Assembly (NCBI RefSeq): GCF_001194135.2 | Contig: NC_068981.1 | Location: 11,171,374-11,206,468, forward strand | Length of the DNA stretch: 35,095 bases | Direction of reading: 5' to 3' | DNA from: Octopus bimaculoides | Taxonomy: Eukaryota | Program-made: the position numbers and the translations under genes | Notes under the pieces: model-generated | The model's input: only the letters and a program-made list of their open reading frames with translations | Databases searched by the model: none | Told to the model about the DNA's origin: nothing | Shown here: positions 10,429-21,200 of the stretch, piece by piece | Numbering within the stretch: position 1 is the first letter of the stretch | How the letters are laid out: every line of letters starts with the position of its first letter

Positions 10429-10433
<5 letters not shown>
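10326..10433. repeat. 108-nt inverted repeat (about 43-nt arms) adjacent to the HHR and a (TA)n tract
   Basis: attaacgaaggcagctatacgtaatataaaacccaaa ... tttgggttttgtattgcgtattgttaccttcgttaat; in the outer ~31 bp only 2 mismatches plus 3 G-U-type pairs. Confidence 0.85.
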
Positions 10434-10510
<77 letters not shown>

Positions 10511-10567
10511 CTGACTTTCTTATATAGATATTGATTTTCCTATATGTATACAGAGAGAGAGAAAGAG

Positions 10568-10604
<37 letters not shown>

Positions 10605-10619
10605 CAGAGAGAGAGAGAG
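10431..10619. repeat. (TA)n and (GA)n microsatellites
   Basis: Directly visible. Confidence 0.9.
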
Positions 10620-10868
10620 GTATTTCTGTATATATCCTGGTTTCTCAATAAATACAGTTGCAGACATACGTGTCTCAATAAGCCTACATGTTTACACACG
10701 TACACATTAGATGTAATATTTAGTGTCTGTATTTTAGCATTTATGTTCAAATTATATCTTTTATGTAAATCAGACAATTACGGTATATTCTTTATATTTT
10801 TTACACTGGCCTGTATTGGAGCTTTCTGCGTTTTTGTCACTAAATCGGATAAACTGAGATATGTTACT

Positions 10869-10890
10869 AAATAATAATAATAATGATACA

Positions 10891-10948
<58 letters not shown>

Positions 10949-11450
10949 ATAATAATAATAATAATAATAATCATAATAATGAATACCCTGATGCAGTACC
11001 AAGCACTGGCCCTCGTGGCTTCTGATCTTAACTGAGTGGAAGTGCTATCATGTACATGTTTTTTCTCGGATGGGCTACAGTAAATGTTCTGCTTAACATC
11101 ACAGATTTGCTTGTCACTTGTTTGACTTTAACTAGTTGAACATGTCCTTTAGTGGCTGACGATACGTGTATATCTGATCACGAGCAGAAGTAGTGAGGGT
11201 GCATCATAGTCCTGTTTTGAGAGGAATTCTTTGGGGTTTAGATAATTTAACTGTGAAAGCATAGGTGCTTTGTTCAACATCCTTAAACAACGCTTATGCA
11301 AGGACGTTTCGTGCGGGATGGACTACTCGACTTGAAGGAAGTTCTTACAGGGCCCCACCTTGTTTGATATGAGGTCACGATGCCGTGCACATATGGTTGT
11401 GATGCATGTGTCTGGTATACTCTTATTAGACGGGTAGTCATGATGGCTAT
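10869..11450 (-). mobile_element. Probable retroelement 3' end (about 470 bp) with compound (ATT)n/(AGT)n tail
   Basis: A non-coding, moderately GC-balanced block (10981-11450) ends directly in a trinucleotide tail at 10869-10980. It resembles a recurrent octopus repeat from recall; no second copy is in the window. Confidence 0.4.
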
Positions 11451-11508
11451 ATTGGACTTCGTATATTTTATCCCAGTTTCACTTTGATAGCATACACTGC
11501 TCTCTCAT

Positions 11509-11529
11509 TCAATAATAATAATAATAATG

Positions 11530-11581
<52 letters not shown>

Positions 11582-11650
11582 TAGTAATAGTAATAATAAT
11601 AATAATAATAATCATAATAATAATACTAATAATTACTATCATTATCGTTA
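11509..11650. repeat. (AAT)n microsatellite (source of poly-Ile ORFs)
   Basis: Directly visible. Confidence 0.95.
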
Positions 11651-12185
11651 ATATTATACATATATACACACACACGGACATACACACACGGACATACACA
11701 CACATGCACATACACACATACATGTGAGGGTGTGTGTACATATGTATATGTATTTTTAACATACAGCGATACTTTGTCATGCACACACTCACGCAATAGT
11801 GCGAAATCTTTTACAAAAAGAAAAAAAAGAATGAATGAAAATATTAATACGGAGTGAAAGACAGTGAGAAAGAAAATAGGTTTTAAATTACATTACGAAA
11901 TGTTTGACACGATAGCGAAAATCATATTAGAAAAATAATAAAAAACAAAGAACAAGAAAATAACAACAATCAAATACGGAGAAGACAATCAATAAAATAA
12001 CAAAAAACAAAGAAAACAGACACAAGAAATATAACAAGAAGAAGAAGAAGCAAAACGCTGAACAATAATATCAAGAACGACAACCACAACAGAAAGATCG
12101 TATCCAGTTATAGAAACAGATAATAGCAATAAGAAAGCAACGTATAAACTAAAAACGAAATTTTGTTAAGGTAATTTTATTTCAG

Positions 12186-12326
12186 AACGCTTTTGTTACA
12201 TGATGAGACAATTCAGAGTAGGTTTCACTTGGAAGTTTTCAGTGATGTTGGCAAAGATGAATTGATTTTTCTACATTCAATAGCTGATAACTGTTGTATT
12301 GTTTTCTCTTCCTTTTTTTACCCGAG
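12186..12326 (+). CDS. Candidate internal exon (141 nt, symmetric phase 2-2), product unknown
   Basis: Acceptor aattttatttcag|, donor ccgag|gtaagt; one frame open throughout: TLLLHDETIQSRFHLEVFSDVGKDELIFLHSIADNCCIVFSSFFYP. No recognised homology. Confidence 0.25.
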
Positions 12327-13347
12327 GTAAGTAAAAGGAACTTGAGAAAAAAATGCTATGTCCAATAACATATGAATAACATCAACAGCAACGACAGCTA
12401 TTACACACTAACACGCACAGACACACACACACACACACACACACACANNNNNNNNNNNNNNNNNNNNNNNNNNNNNNNNNNNNNNNNNNNNNNNNNNNNN
12501 NNNNNNNNNNNNNNNNNNNNNNNNNNNNNNNNNNNNNNNNNNNNNNNNNNNNNNNNNNNNNNNNNNNNNNNNNNNNNNNNNNNNNNNNNNNNNNNNNNNN
12601 NNNNNNNNNNNNNNNNNNNNNNNNNNNNNNNNNNNNNNNNNNNNNNNNNNNNNNNNNNNNNNNNNNNNNNNNNNNNNNNNNNNNNNNNNNNNNNNNNNNN
12701 NNNNNNNNNNNNNNNNNNNNNNNNNNNNNNNNNNNNNNNNNNNNNNNNNNNNNNNNNNNNNNNNNNNNNNNNNNNNNNNNNNNNNNNNNNNNNNNNNNNN
12801 NNNNNNNNNNNNNNNNNNNNNNNNNNNNNNNNNNNNNNNNNNNNNNNNNNNNNNNNNNNNNNNNNNNNNNNNNNNNNNNNNNNNNNNNNNNNNNNNNNNN
12901 NNNNNNNNNNNNNNNNNNNNNNNNNNNNNNNNNNNNNNNNNNNNNNNNNNNNNNNNNNNNNNNNNNNNNNNNNNNNNNNNNNNNNNNNNNNNNNNNNNNN
13001 NNNNNNNNNNNNNNNNNNNNNNNNNNNNNNNNNNNNNNNNNNNNNNNNNNNNNNNNNNNNNNNNNNNNNNNNNNNNNNNNNNNNNNNNNNNNNNNNNNNN
13101 NNNNNNNNNNNNNNNNNNNNNNNNNNNNNNNNNNNNNNNNNNNNNNNNNNNNNNNNNNNNNNNNNNNNNNNNNNNNNNNNNNNNNNNNNNNNNNNNNNNN
13201 NNNNNNNNNNNNNNNNNNNNNNNNNNNNNNNNNNNNNNNNNNNNNNNNNNNNNNNNNNNNAAATATATATATTTACATATAATGTGTACATGATAATATC
13301 AAGTATATACATATACATACACACACACACACACACACACGCACACA

Positions 13348-13388
<41 letters not shown>

Positions 13389-13853
13389 TTAAGTATATGT
13401 ATTATCCACATATCTCTCTACATGTATACATCCTCGTGTACGCCTGTGTGTATTATAAGACATATTTTCTACACAAATATTTACATATATTATGAATACA
13501 TTCATAAGTNNNNNNNNNNCGTATATATATACATACATATGTGTGTGTGTGTGTGTGTGTGTATTGTGTAGGCTTACTGATAAGCGTACCCATAAACAAT
13601 ATAAGATAAACCTCCACTCTATATCAGTAGCTTTTTCTTTCATACTCTGTATCATGTTGCTCCATTCTCCCGTGCTTTCTTTCTTTCTTTTTCTCTTCTT
13701 TCTTTTTCTCTTCTTTCTTCCTCTATCATTCCACAACCCCCTCTCTCCCTCTCTTGATAGCATTTGAATTTGAGATTGCTGATACCAATATCGAGCATTC
13801 TTGCAAACCATTATGCAAAAACGCACGCATTTTAGTGTATTTCAGTACTAATA

Positions 13854-13903
<50 letters not shown>

Positions 13904-13968
13904 TTTATATATATATGTATGTATGTATGTGTGTGTGTGTGTCTGTGTGTGTGTAGGGCGATAGATTT

Positions 13969-14167
13969 TGTAAGCCGTTAGCAATATGAAAGTTAAGAAC
14001 AAAGAAACGGCATGAAATCGTCTTAGTAGCTACAGAAGTAATGATAAGAGATTCCTAGAGATATATAAATAATGTAGGAAATGATGGGATGGAAAATGTT
14101 AAAAGTTTCTTAACGATATCTATCTAAAAACCGCTTGGCTTTGCTTAAAGGAAACCTATATTTATAT
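13969..14167. repeat. Unclassified ~200-bp dispersed repeat, copy 1 (copy 2 at 23202-23397)
   Basis: gaaatcgtcttagtagctacagaag ... gatatctatctaaaaaccgcttggct ... cttaaaggaaacctatatttatat; core above 90% identical by eye; both copies follow (GT)n. Confidence 0.85.
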
Positions 14168-14263
14168 CGTTCTGCGTAAGTTTAATCTACTCAGTCACAG
14201 ATAATTCTATGTTGTAGACGTAGGAACATATTCATACATACATACATACTTACATGTATTAAT

Positions 14264-14350
14264 CCATCCATCCATCCATCCATCCATCCATCCATCCATC
14301 CATCCATCCATCCGTCCGTCCATCCAAATCCATTATCCACCCGTCCGTCC
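14264..14350. repeat. (CATC)n/(CGTC)n tetranucleotide microsatellite
   Basis: Directly visible. Confidence 0.9.
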
Positions 14351-15569
14351 GTCTGTCCTTTGTTTCTTTCTTTAATCAGTATCCATGCATCTGTCTACCC
14401 ATTTTCACGTATCTGCATTTATACGTGCAGATGGCTTCTTGGCAAGAGAGAAATAATTTTTATAGTTCGTTGCATTTACATGGAATATTATTTGCAGCAT
14501 TGATGTCGCAACGTTTACAACATTAATGCCTTATTAATTGTAATTCTTCTTCACGTATTCAGTGTAGAAAATTTCATTGTTACGATCTATTTGGCTTAAT
14601 TCAACAATACCAACTACGCAATAGAGAAACCAAGAAAAAGCAACATTGGAGACAAAAAAAATTTTAATACTTGTAGTTATTCAATAAACCGAAATTAAAA
14701 AGATATAGTTTCCCTCGAGTAATGAAATCAATGACAAACATAATTGCTTCGTGGGATTTTATTTCAAGTTACTTTAGTCTACTCCGCTGAAAATGTGTAC
14801 CAGCCGAAAGGGAATTCACCTCTCTGCACCTCCAGCTGTTATACCCTACATGCGCTTCTACGTCAAATGGTGAGAGAGTCGAGAGCCTGTCTATGCCGTC
14901 TCTGCGATAAACAATTGGCAAAGGTATTGTACGTTTTACTAAAGTATATTTGTTCGCGGTTAACGGTTAACTTTTAATTAGTATGTAAAGACAAATATTT
15001 TTTTTTCCCGTTCATATGAATTTAATAAAGTTATGCTTAGAGGATCTTTACGCCGTTCTTGTTGAAGTTACACATATATACACTCAGGAACATACACAAA
15101 GTAAAAAATCGACTAACTGCATCACCATTTGCTGAAGGCAAGGGGAGCGACAAGTGTAATATAATCCCCGATAATGAAGATGGGGCATACTGGATAAGCA
15201 AACAAATTCCTAAGACACAAGCAACAACCACTGTGGCAACATATTTGCGTGCCGCTGTTACTATATTGACTGGAAATAAAATTGAATGTCTGTGACCAGA
15301 GCAGTAAGCACAATATTAAATGTATTGTGGGCTGAGGTTGTACGAATATGAACAACTGAGATGCAATCTTAATGTACATCATGTTACCGTTTAGTTAGGA
15401 AGGAAAGGAGAGACTGTAACAGTCTACAGTGTCTTCGAGTAAGATAGCGTGAGGAAAGATTTATTTTCAAGGCAAAAACCAGACCCGAATGTTTGCGACA
15501 GAGTAAACTTTACAAAGAGCACTTAACGTAGTTGCCGTAACGAATGAAGTCCAACCATCAAGAAGTTTA

Positions 15570-15770
15570 TAGTGGGATTTGAACTCAGAACACAACAAAT
15601 CATATACAGTGACATGTCCACCTGATACCGTTTGTCCACTGCTGTCAACACTGAAAGAGGTGAAACGTAATGCTGACTTCGGTCGGGTTTGAACTCAGAA
15701 CAAAGAAATTGAAATTAATGCCACATAGTATTTCGCCCCGATGCCCTTACGGCTATTACAACGTCCCTTA
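15570..15770 (-). mobile_element. Degenerate SINE family B head fragments
   Basis: Two occurrences of (g)atttgaactcagaac / ggtttgaactcagaac (reverse-complement B-box), followed by aatgccac..agtatttcgccc as in the 18121-18340 copy. Confidence 0.4.
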
Positions 15771-16404
15771 CAAAAGAGTAATGTCAACTTGTCATTACAT
15801 AGTAATGATCCCCAAACACCTGTTTATGTAAACCCTCTCTACAACGGACAACAGTTTTTGAAATACTTGAAGTAGCGAAGAAATGCAAAACATAAAAACA
15901 AAAATAATATAATGTTTTGCAAAACTGAAATGTTTAACGGATATGTGATGGCACTTATCACAAACAAATAATTACACCACTCCCACCACCATAGAAAATA
16001 AAGAAATATCACAATTGAACCAAAGTTTGGAGATGGCAAAAATGAAAGTACTTGAATACAAATTAACTATAAATCTCAGACATAGATCTACGCTAAGAAT
16101 TGTTTCGAAAAAAGCCAAACAGAAAAAGAGAGAGAGAGAGAGAGAAAACGGATTGAAAACATTGAACAAAGACATGAGTGGCCACTCACTAAAAGTCAAA
16201 GAGTCTCCTTCTCGGGAAGATTCAAATGTATTGTGGAGAGGATTTCTGGTTGAGAAAAAAAAATGTTTGTTAATCAGGATGCAATATAGCAGTAGGAAAC
16301 CGGAAAGTAATTCTTTGGCTTCGTTTCAGCAACATTTATATTGGAATTTGATAAAAAAAAAGAACTGGGAGAGAATTGATACCGGCTACTATGAAGTTTA
16401 GCGT

Positions 16405-16719
16405 TTATCTTTTACTTGTTTCAGGAATTGGACTGCGGTCATAGTGCGCGTGCGTGCGTATGTGTGTGTGAGTGTGTGTGTGTGGCGTACATTCATGAAG
16501 GGTTTTAATCGAATAAATCGTTTCCAGTATTTTTCTTCCCAGTCTGGTACTTTGGTACTTGTTCTGTCGATGTCTTTTGCCGAACTAATAACCCATAGGG
16601 ATACAAACAAACCAATGCTAGTTGTCAAGCGATTTTGGACGGTAAACACAGGCAGGCACACGCACACACACACACACACACGCACACACACGCACACACA
16701 CACACACGGGCGCACACAC

Positions 16720-16775
<56 letters not shown>

Positions 16776-16945
16776 TTGGCTTTCACACAGTTTGCGTCTA
16801 CCAAATTAACCCACAAGGCTTTTGTTCTCTCGGAATTATAGTAAAAAAAATACTTACATTAAGTAAAAAAATACTTCATGCAATGCTGAACTCGAGGCCA
16901 CGTGGTTGCGAAATGACTTTCTTTATCACACAGCTATGCCTGCCC
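16405..16945 (-). mobile_element. Older full-length SINE family A copy with expanded internal CA/CG microsatellites
   Basis: cttttacttgtttcag tail; cttttgccgaac; gttgtcaagcgat; cagtttgcgtctaccaaatt..ccacaaggctttt; tatcacacagctatgcctgc head. Confidence 0.7.
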
Positions 16946-18120
16946 CTACTATTGAACTTTTGAGGCTTCCATGGTGATAACTCATGTCAAACCGATTAGC
17001 CTTGGTGTCTTATACCAATAAAAAAAAAGCCATTCACAGCAATTCTGTATATAAAATGTATACAGGCTGTCTGACCCAATTCCTCCAGTATCGATCTGAT
17101 AATAACAAGCAGTTAGCGATGCAAACATTTTTCTCTGGGTTCACTTTGACAGTAACATACAATTCCAGAATGTGCTAAACTATTTCTCTTCACCGAAACT
17201 GTGACCACCGTCGTGCAGCAGTGTAGTGGAAATTAGATGCAGTCGGAATTGACTAAAAGAGACTAAATAAGAAAAATCATTCAAGACAAAGCCTGGGCTA
17301 ATGTTGGCCAAAACGTATTCTAGAGACAACACTACTTTTGGATTCTAGAGACAACTCCACTTCCTAAATTTCTGGACAGGATTATAGACAACTTGGTTCC
17401 ATTTTACATTATCATCCCGAAGCTACAGTCAGGGTGTTTTGACACTGACAGTATAAAGTAGTGTAAGGATATATTTCGAAGTCCCTTTGCGATGCACTTC
17501 ATACACACAGCAGCGACCTCTATTAATTTTCAATAGTTATATATACTTTGATTGCATACTTATTCTGGCAGTTTCAAACATGAATTTTCTAATCGCTGGT
17601 GTATTGATGTGTTTGTTAAAGGAGAACAGCGTCTCCTTTACGACAAATGTGTATTCATAAAACACTCGATTTATTGGTACAGGGATTCTGGGACAGCCGC
17701 TGTTTTCACACGTGTCTAGTCAGCAAAAAGCATTCTCGATCAGTGAATCGAACAAGCGCTAATGATTATGATCTTGTTTATAATTTGAAGCAAACAGTTC
17801 GCAAAAAAAAAAAAAAAAATTAAAATAGCCATTACTCATTTCTGATATAGAGAATAAATCTCATAAAACATTTTCCTAAGCAATCTTCCGAGAAAATGCT
17901 GGATGTGGTTAAAAATGGTCAGCTGACTAACCGAATTGAAAGTTATTCAACAGCTTTCAATTCAGGTACAAAACCAATTCAAACATTTCAAACCATATTA
18001 TATATTATATAAGTTGTAAGGCTGCAACCCAGAAACAAAAAATGTCTTTAATGTATATTATATTCTGTGCATGTCACAGCGAGTTGGTAGAATCATTACC
18101 ATGTCGGACAATACATACAT

Positions 18121-18340
18121 ACTTCTTTATTGCCCATATGAGGTTAAACACAGAAGGGACAAGCAAAGGGATTAAGTCGATTACATCAACCCCAGTGCGT
18201 AACTGGTACTTATTTATTCGACCCCGGAAGGATGAAAGGCAAAGTCGACCTCGGCGAAATTTGAACTCAGAACGTAACGGCAGACGAACTACCGATAAGC
18301 ATTTCGCCCGACGTGCTAACGATTCTGCCAGCTTGACCTC
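18121..18340 (-). mobile_element. SINE family B, near full length (tRNA-like head; central GCCTTTCATCCTTCCGGGGTCG domain)
   Basis: Minus strand AGCTGGCAGAATCG (A-box-like), GAGTTCAAATTT (B-box-like, 18257-18268), then GACTTTGCCTTTCATCCTTCCGGGGTCGAATAAATAAGTACCAG, and an AATAAAGAAGT end. Confidence 0.8.
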
Positions 18341-18364
18341 GGACAAGCATACAGACAGATTTTT

Positions 18365-18466
18365 CAGTACTTTACATTCTGAGTTCAAATACCGCCGAGT
18401 TCAACTTTGATGTTGTCCATTCGTGGTCTATAAAATAAGTACCAGTGAAGAATTGGGGTAGATATA
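18365..18466 (+). mobile_element. Degenerate SINE family B fragment, inverted relative to 18121-18340
   Basis: ttacattctgagttcaaataccgccgagttcaactttg ... aaataagtaccagtgaagaattggggt matches the reverse complement of 18170-18277. Confidence 0.65.
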
Positions 18467-18773
18467 NNNNNNNNNNNNNNNNNNNNNNNNNNNNNNNNNN
18501 NNNNNNNNNNNNNNNNNNNNNNNNNNNNNNNNNNNNNNNNNNNNNNNNNNNNNNNNNNNNNNNNNNNNNNNNNNNNNNNNNNNNNNNNNNNNNNNNNNNN
18601 NNNNNNNNNNNNNNNNNNNNNNNNNNNNNNNNNNNNNNNNNNNNNNNNNNNNNNNNNNNNNNNNNNNNNNNNNNNNNNNNNNNNNNNNNNNNNNNNNNNN
18701 NNNNNNNNNNNNNNNNNNNNNNNNNNNNNNNNNNNNNNNNNNNNNNNNNNNNNNNNNNNNNNNNNNNNNNNNN

Positions 18774-18811
<38 letters not shown>

Positions 18812-18815
18812 ATAC

Positions 18816-18846
<31 letters not shown>

Positions 18847-19384
18847 AACCGGATCTTTTGATTTACATGTTTTCCTACAAAAAAATAACAGAAAAATCAC
18901 CCAAAATCTGCTGCGCATTATGCAAGTCAAATATTATCGAAAACATGTAGATCGAAACAAATCGACTTGAGAACAGATGAATAGAAAAATAATTAGTAGT
19001 GGAATTCACAAAAGAAAAATAAGTAAAGAAGATCAGAGTTATAATGAAATTTAGTATCTGCTTCTTACTTTCTGATCAAGCACTAACTAGTTTCTTGTGA
19101 TGATAATGAAGCTAAATACCGTTTGAACCATGGAATCTATACTGATTTAATAACCTACAGAGAAAAAGAGATCTATGAAGAATAGGCAAAACTTTTAAAC
19201 ATGTTTTTTTCTTGATTTTCTAAAAAATAGAAATTGATTACACTGAAGTAGTAAAGTCGTAGAAGCAAATGCGGAATATGATATCGAATAAAGAATTCCT
19301 AGTTCCTCATGAATTTTTATAAATCTGAAAGAAATAATTGACATAATACATACAGCTACGCAGTTTTAAGACATACATTTAAGT

Positions 19385-19510
19385 CAGAAATTAAGAAAAA
19401 ATACCTTTCATACGATTAAACTACTGTAGAATTGAAGCGCTTCTCGTGTATGGCTTTAACATTTAGACCTAGTACAGTTGTACTAAGAATCGATGGAGCG
19501 TCGATAATGG
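19385..19510 (+). mobile_element. Possible decayed RTE-like LINE ORF fragment
   Basis: Frameshifted pieces TTVE / ALLVYG / RIDGA resemble the RTE post-RT motif TVE-ILLYG-ETWT-RLDG; very degraded. Confidence 0.25.
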
Positions 19511-19929
19511 GATCGTTTATAAGTGACGTTCAAGTAAAGGAATACGTATCTTCCATATTAAGTATCTATCATTATTTTGGCAAGTTGAGTCTTTTCTATA
19601 TTATTTAGTAAAGTACATGCTTGTCTGTTTATACGATCCTTTTCAAGTTAAGGTAAAACGAAGGCAACAACATCAGGTAATAAAAAGAAGTTACTATGTT
19701 TGTAGGAACATAAAATTCTAATTCAAAGCTTGTTCATGTGATTTCATGTTATATTGCCCAACGTAGGTTTTCCAACAAGGTTAATTGCAGTCTGTTACTG
19801 TGGGACTGAGATAAATTAGTGAAGGAGATGCATTTTATAACCAGCGGATGAAAGAGTGAAAAATACTTTCTTATAGTATTTGTTAACATTTTCATTAAGA
19901 GAGGCATATTCTCCAACATCTTGCATATT

Positions 19930-20149
19930 ACAGTCCTATATTTAAAAGATGAGGAATTATGTACATTATTTATATTATTTACATTTGACAGATATTTGTC
20001 CTCATCTTGTTTGTTGTTAACATAGCGTTCGGTTGATATACCCTCCAGCCTTCATCAGGTGTCTTGGGGAAATTTCAAACCTGGGTTCTCATTCCTAAGG
20101 TATTTCTCGATGTTGTTGTTGTTATTGGTGGTGGTGTTGTTGTTGTTGC

Positions 20150-20229
<80 letters not shown>

Positions 20230-20270
20230 TCACTGCCTGGAATCGAACTCGGAATCTTGGGGTTAATAGC
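19930..20270 (-). mobile_element. tRNA-headed HHR-containing SINE, left (5'-clipped) copy with longer 3' end; HHR mutated
   Basis: Reverse complement of 20305-20590 at about 95% outside the microsatellite; lacks the first ~34 nt of the head and extends 44 nt further 3'. Confidence 0.85.
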
Positions 20271-20271
20271 A

Positions 20272-20368
20272 CACGGGCATATGGCGTAGTAGTTAAGAGC
20301 GCGGGCTACTAACCCCAAGATTCCGAGTTCGATTCTAGGCAGTGACCTGAATAATGATAATAATGATG

Positions 20369-20432
<64 letters not shown>

Positions 20433-20590
20433 AAACAACAACAACAACAACATCGAAAAATACCTTAGGAATGAGAACTCGGGTTCGAAATTTCCCCAAG
20501 ACACCTGATGAAGGCTGGAGGGTATATCAGCCGAAACGTTGTGTTAACAACAAACAAGATGAGGACAAATATCTGTCAAATGTAAATAAT
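20272..20590 (+). mobile_element. tRNA-headed SINE with internal (AAT)n(AAC)n and HHR-containing 3' tail, right copy
   Basis: A box TGGCGTAGTAG (20282-20292), anticodon-like arm GGG-CTACTAA-CCC, B box GAGTTCGATTCT (20325-20336), microsatellite, then CCTGATGAAGGCTG...CAGCCGAAACGTTGTGTT. Confidence 0.85.
20500..20545 (+). ncRNA. Minimal type I hammerhead ribozyme motif (loopless palindromic stem III, GUU triplet)
   Basis: Stem I GACAC (20500-04) / CTGATGA (20505-11) + A / stem II GGCTG-gagggtatat-CAGCC / GAAAC (20533-37) / GTT (20538-40) / stem I' GTGTT (20541-45). The AACGTT palindrome spans stem III. Confidence 0.7.
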
Positions 20591-20834
20591 GCATCTTGCA
20601 TATTGCATTGAATGCATCAACGAAGCAGCAATTTTGCTTAAGGAATGCGTACATGATTAGATGAAATGTTAGTGAGCTTTAAAGCATATTGCATAGAAAA
20701 TAATTCAACAGAAGCTAAAGGTCGTAGAAAATATCCAATTAAAATTGAAAGAGAAATATTCAGCCTCTTCTTCAGTGAGATAGAGAAGCATATGGAGGGA
20801 ATATACAACTGTTTTCATAATATATAGGATATAA

Positions 20835-21200
20835 GCTGTCATAGTTGTGTTAAGAATCTAATTTTGAAACCACGTGGTTTCAGATTCCGTACTAATAGGC
20901 AGCGCCATGGGTAAGTGCATTCTACTATAGCTTGAGGCTGACAACTACTTTGTGAGTGAATTTTGTAGATAGAAATTCTAACAAAGCCGGTCCTATATGT
21001 GTGTCACATGTTTGTATGTGTCTTTATGCATGTGTATGTAGCACTTGACAACCGGTGTGTTTATACTCATGCAATTTAGCGATTCGGCAAAAACAATCGA
21101 TATATTAATTACCAAAAGTCAAGATATGTATTTAAGTCGATTTGTTTCACTAAATCACTTAACGTGGTTGCCCCAGTATGGCTGGAGTCCAAAGACTTTC
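20835..21200 (+). mobile_element. Old degenerate SINE family A copy
   Basis: ccatgggtaagtgcattctactatagcttgaggctgac ... ttgtgagtgaattttgtaga ... cacttgacaaccggtgtgttta ... ttagcgattcggcaaaa. Confidence 0.6.

Noticed and set aside
14778-14870. Candidate exon tttag|...aaatg|gtgaga (STPLKMCTSRKGIHLSAPPAVIPYMRFYVKW)
   Set aside because: Weak polypyrimidine tract, several frames on both strands open, no recognisable homology or compatible neighbour.
17612-17647. 9-bp perfect hairpin TAAAGGAGA-acagcg-TCTCCTTTA
   Set aside because: Too short for a pre-miRNA; isolated hairpins of this size are expected in 35 kb.
20272-20350. tRNA gene (ACT anticodon-like loop)
   Set aside because: No acceptor stem, mismatched anticodon stem, and embedded in a repeat; it is a SINE head, not a tRNA.
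19974-20590. CRISPR array or prokaryotic system
   Set aside because: No regularly spaced repeat-spacer units or bacterial-type genes anywhere; the window is eukaryotic repeat DNA.
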